DNA of 64,000 bases from NCBI GenBank assembly GCA_949297805.1, contig CASFTG010000002.1, positions 15,871-79,870 on the forward strand. The letters run 5' to 3'. The DNA is from an uncultured bacterium (lineage in GTDB: Bacteria > Bacillota_I > Bacilli_A > RFN20 > CAG-826). The position numbers and the translations under genes are program-made. The notes below the pieces were generated by a model, which searched no databases, had not been told where the DNA came from, and was given only the letters and a program-made list of their open reading frames with translations. Shown piece by piece: positions 62,378-64,000 of this stretch; the first letter of the stretch is position 1; each line of letters opens with the position of its first letter.

Positions 62378-62456
62378 TTGATTTAAAATTCATTCGATAA
62401 AAAGCCATTTTTATTAAATCAATCTTTGAAAGCCTTTTCAGAAAACGCTTACATTT

Positions 62457-62485
62457 TTAGCAATTATCCAAATGCCTCTTATAGT
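62457..62485 (+). promoter_or_regulatory. Putative sigma-A-type promoter (TTAGCA-17-TATAGT) for the small peptide gene. A 5' UTR hairpin follows at 62491-62510.
   Basis: Read directly. Hairpin is TGCTTGG-aaaaaa-CCAAGCA. Confidence 0.3.
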
Positions 62486-62534
62486 TTCGGTGCTTGGAAA
62501 AAACCAAGCATTAACAAACAGGAGGATACGACAT

Positions 62535-62684
62535 ATGAATCAGTATGTTGATTACACCTACGGTCTGAGCGAAGACGAAAAAGATCTCGCGAAAGTCGAT
62601 GAGTGCAAGATGTACGCCAATGCCGTCGCCGCCCTTTGCGCCAGCTATTCGTATGGGCGGTATGGCTTCTTCGCCACCTTATAA
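62535..62684 (+). CDS. 49-aa small protein of unknown function
   Basis: Sequence MNQYVDYTYGLSEDEKDLAKVDECKMYANAVAALCASYSYGRYGFFATL. AGGAGG RBS 9 nt upstream of ATG. Terminator immediately downstream. Confidence 0.55.
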   Translation: MNQYVDYTYGLSEDEKDLAKVDECKMYANAVAALCASYSYGRYGFFATL

Positions 62685-62704
62685 TCGATAACGACCGGAA
62701 GACT

Positions 62705-62730
62705 GAGGCCCCTAACCGGGCCTCTTTTTT
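62705..62730 (+). terminator. Rho-independent terminator
   Basis: GAGGCCC-ctaacc-GGGCCTC followed by TTTTTT. Confidence 0.75.
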
Positions 62731-63037
62731 ATCGCTCTAGGTTAATGAGATTAACGAACTGGATCTTCTTTCCGCCGATAAGCAGGTAATGCCAAACTGG
62801 ATCGATCTTATCGATATGGCCGCTTAAATCGAAAAGATACCCATCCTCATAATAACGGGCCTTAACCTCCTCCCCACCATAGGTGGTGAGGATCTCGTTG
62901 ATGTCGTTAGCCCTTTCTGATGATATCCGGGGCCTTTCGATCTTATTCTTCTCATAACGCATCCGACGGAGAAAAGTCCCTTGCTCCACCAGCGACTGAT
63001 AGGGCATCCATTTCATCATCCCTCGATCGGCGTTCAT
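62729..63037 (-). CDS. YolD-like protein (accessory to Y-family polymerase)
   Basis: 102 aa. 4-nt overlap with the upstream Y-family polymerase gene. YolD-like length and conservation pattern. Confidence 0.6.
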   Translation of the reverse strand: MNADRGMMKWMPYQSLVEQGTFLRRMRYEKNKIERPRISSERANDINEILTTYGGEEVKARYYEDGYLFDLSGHIDKIDPVWHYLLIGGKKIQFVNLINLER

Positions 63038-64000
63038 GCGTTATGGCCTCCGATTTGCTTGTGTCTAGTCAAAACGGTCGAATCCTTAGTGAGGGAGGAA
63101 GCCCGGAGGCAAGCGTCTTTCCCAAAAACCGATTTGATAGTATCCAAGGCATGGTTAAGCTGTTCCCGTTTGGCCGCTTCCTCTGAGGAAAGGAAAATAC
63201 TTTCCTGCCGGTATTCGTAATGGCCGAGCTTAGCGAAGGTCACGCCTAAATGGCGGATCGCTCTATCCTCAATGAAACGGTCAAATACCCCCATCACTTC
63301 TTTGTATAAAGTATCGTTGTCGTCGGTCGCGTAATCAAAGCTCGCTTGGCGGGAGAATCCCCCTTCATTGGCATAGCCGACGAAGACCCCGACCCGCCTG
63401 GCCTTATAGCCAGCCATCCGGAGCCGGAGGCAAAGGTCATCAACCATTTCCCTTAAGACCAGTCTTGCCCCTTTAATGTCATAATCCCGCATCAAGGTCT
63501 GGCCGATGCTGAGGTTTCTTTCCTTAGGGACGTATTTCTCTCTTATATCGGTCCGATCGATGCCATTGGCCAAGTCAAAGAGTTGAGAGCCCAAAACCCC
63601 AAACTCCCTTTTCAATAGATAGGGATCGGCTTGGGATAGTTCCTCAAGGTTTCGAATACCCAAACGGTCCAAGTGGGAACCGATGCCATTCGATATCCCC
63701 CAAATCTTGGTGATGGGCTTGATGGACCAAAGCTTGGTCTTGACGTCTTCATACCCCCACCGCGCCCGATAAGGCAGTTTCTTCTTGCCTTCGTTATCCA
63801 AACATATTTTGGCCAAAAACATATTCGGACCCATCCCGGCGGTGGCAACTAATCCGAGTTCGTCTTTAATCTTCTTCTGAATCAAGGCGCAGAGTTCCTC
63901 AGGGGTTAGGTTATATAAGGATAAATAAGGGGTCAGATAGAGGAAGGATTCGTCGACCGAATAGACATGGACATCCTCCTCATCAAGGAAATCCAAGAAT
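63034..64000 (-). CDS. Y-family DNA polymerase (UmuC/DinB-like), C-terminal part (gene continues past window end)
   Basis: Little-finger and thumb motifs (IWGIGNG..., SIDESFLYLT). N-terminus is beyond 64000. Confidence 0.75.
   Translation of the reverse strand, partial: FLDFLDEEDVHVYSVDESFLYLTPYLSLYNLTPEELCALIQKKIKDELGLVATAGMGPNMFLAKICLDNEGKKKLPYRARWGYEDVKTKLWSIKPITKIWGISNGIGSHLDRLGIRNLEELSQADPYLLKREFGVLGSQLFDLANGIDRTDIREKYVPKERNLSIGQTLMRDYDIKGARLVLREMVDDLCLRLRMAGYKARRVGVFVGYANEGGFSRQASFDYATDDNDTLYKEVMGVFDRFIEDRAIRHLGVTFAKLGHYEYRQESIFLSSEEAAKREQLNHALDTIKSVFGKDACLRASSLTKDSTVLTRHKQIGGHNA

Overview
GC-rich bacterial chromosome segment, standard genetic code (TGA ends rpmJ and adk at their expected C-termini). 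Its gene content resembles Firmicutes or Mollicutes relatives.

**1-13.6 kb (minus strand):** the conserved S10-spc-alpha ribosomal supercluster, running rpsJ-rplC-rplD-rplW-rplB-rpsS-rplV-rpsC-rplP-rpmC-rpsQ-rplN-rplX-rplE-rpsZ-rpsH-rplF-rplR-rpsE-rplO-secY-adk-map-infA-rpmJ-rpsM-rpsK'. There is no rpmD. Several ribosomal proteins carry Lys/Ala-rich or acidic extensions. infA is disrupted by a perfect 43-bp tandem duplication.

**13.6-15.0 kb:** an AT-rich island. It holds an HTH-MNT/HepT toxin-antitoxin pair. The HepT toxin has an in-frame TGA at its conserved Trp codon. The island is flanked by directly repeated clusters of GTGCA-type palindromic boxes.

**15.0-24.5 kb:**
- queT-tgt-queA-queH queuosine operon, with a candidate preQ1-I-like leader.
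- An AAA+/DUF4143 ATPase preceded by a 5 x 32-bp tandem repeat array.
- prs.
- An AAA_33 P-loop kinase-like gene and two RDD-family membrane proteins.

**24.5-39.0 kb (plus strand):** one large operon encoding:
- a 700-aa surface protein;
- a MalK-like ABC ATPase carrying a large insertion (~290 aa by residue count);
- two permeases;
- two paralogous lipoprotein solute-binding proteins;
- an SNase-domain lipoprotein nuclease;
- a zinc-ribbon membrane protein;
- an 857-aa lipoprotein built from repeated OB-fold-like modules.

The operon ends in a strong terminator and a GC-rich transposase remnant. It is probably a DNA or nucleoside scavenging and uptake system. The operon may be preceded by a cre-like site.

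**39-64 kb, accessory and housekeeping genes:**
- two flavoprotein paralogs;
- a DtxR-family regulator;
- a second AAA_33 kinase;
- nadE with an in-frame YefM-like N-terminal region;
- an ATP-grasp ligase and an alpha/beta hydrolase;
- a phosphatase-NUDIX fusion;
- mscL and cvpA;
- nrdD with a fused C-terminal glutaredoxin-like domain, followed by trxB and a convergent nrdG;
- two DUF308-like membrane paralogs;
- pepS;
- an AT-rich region with a two-gene overlapping module of unknown function and a 49-aa peptide gene behind cre-like sites;
- a yolD/Y-family polymerase cassette that runs off the window end.
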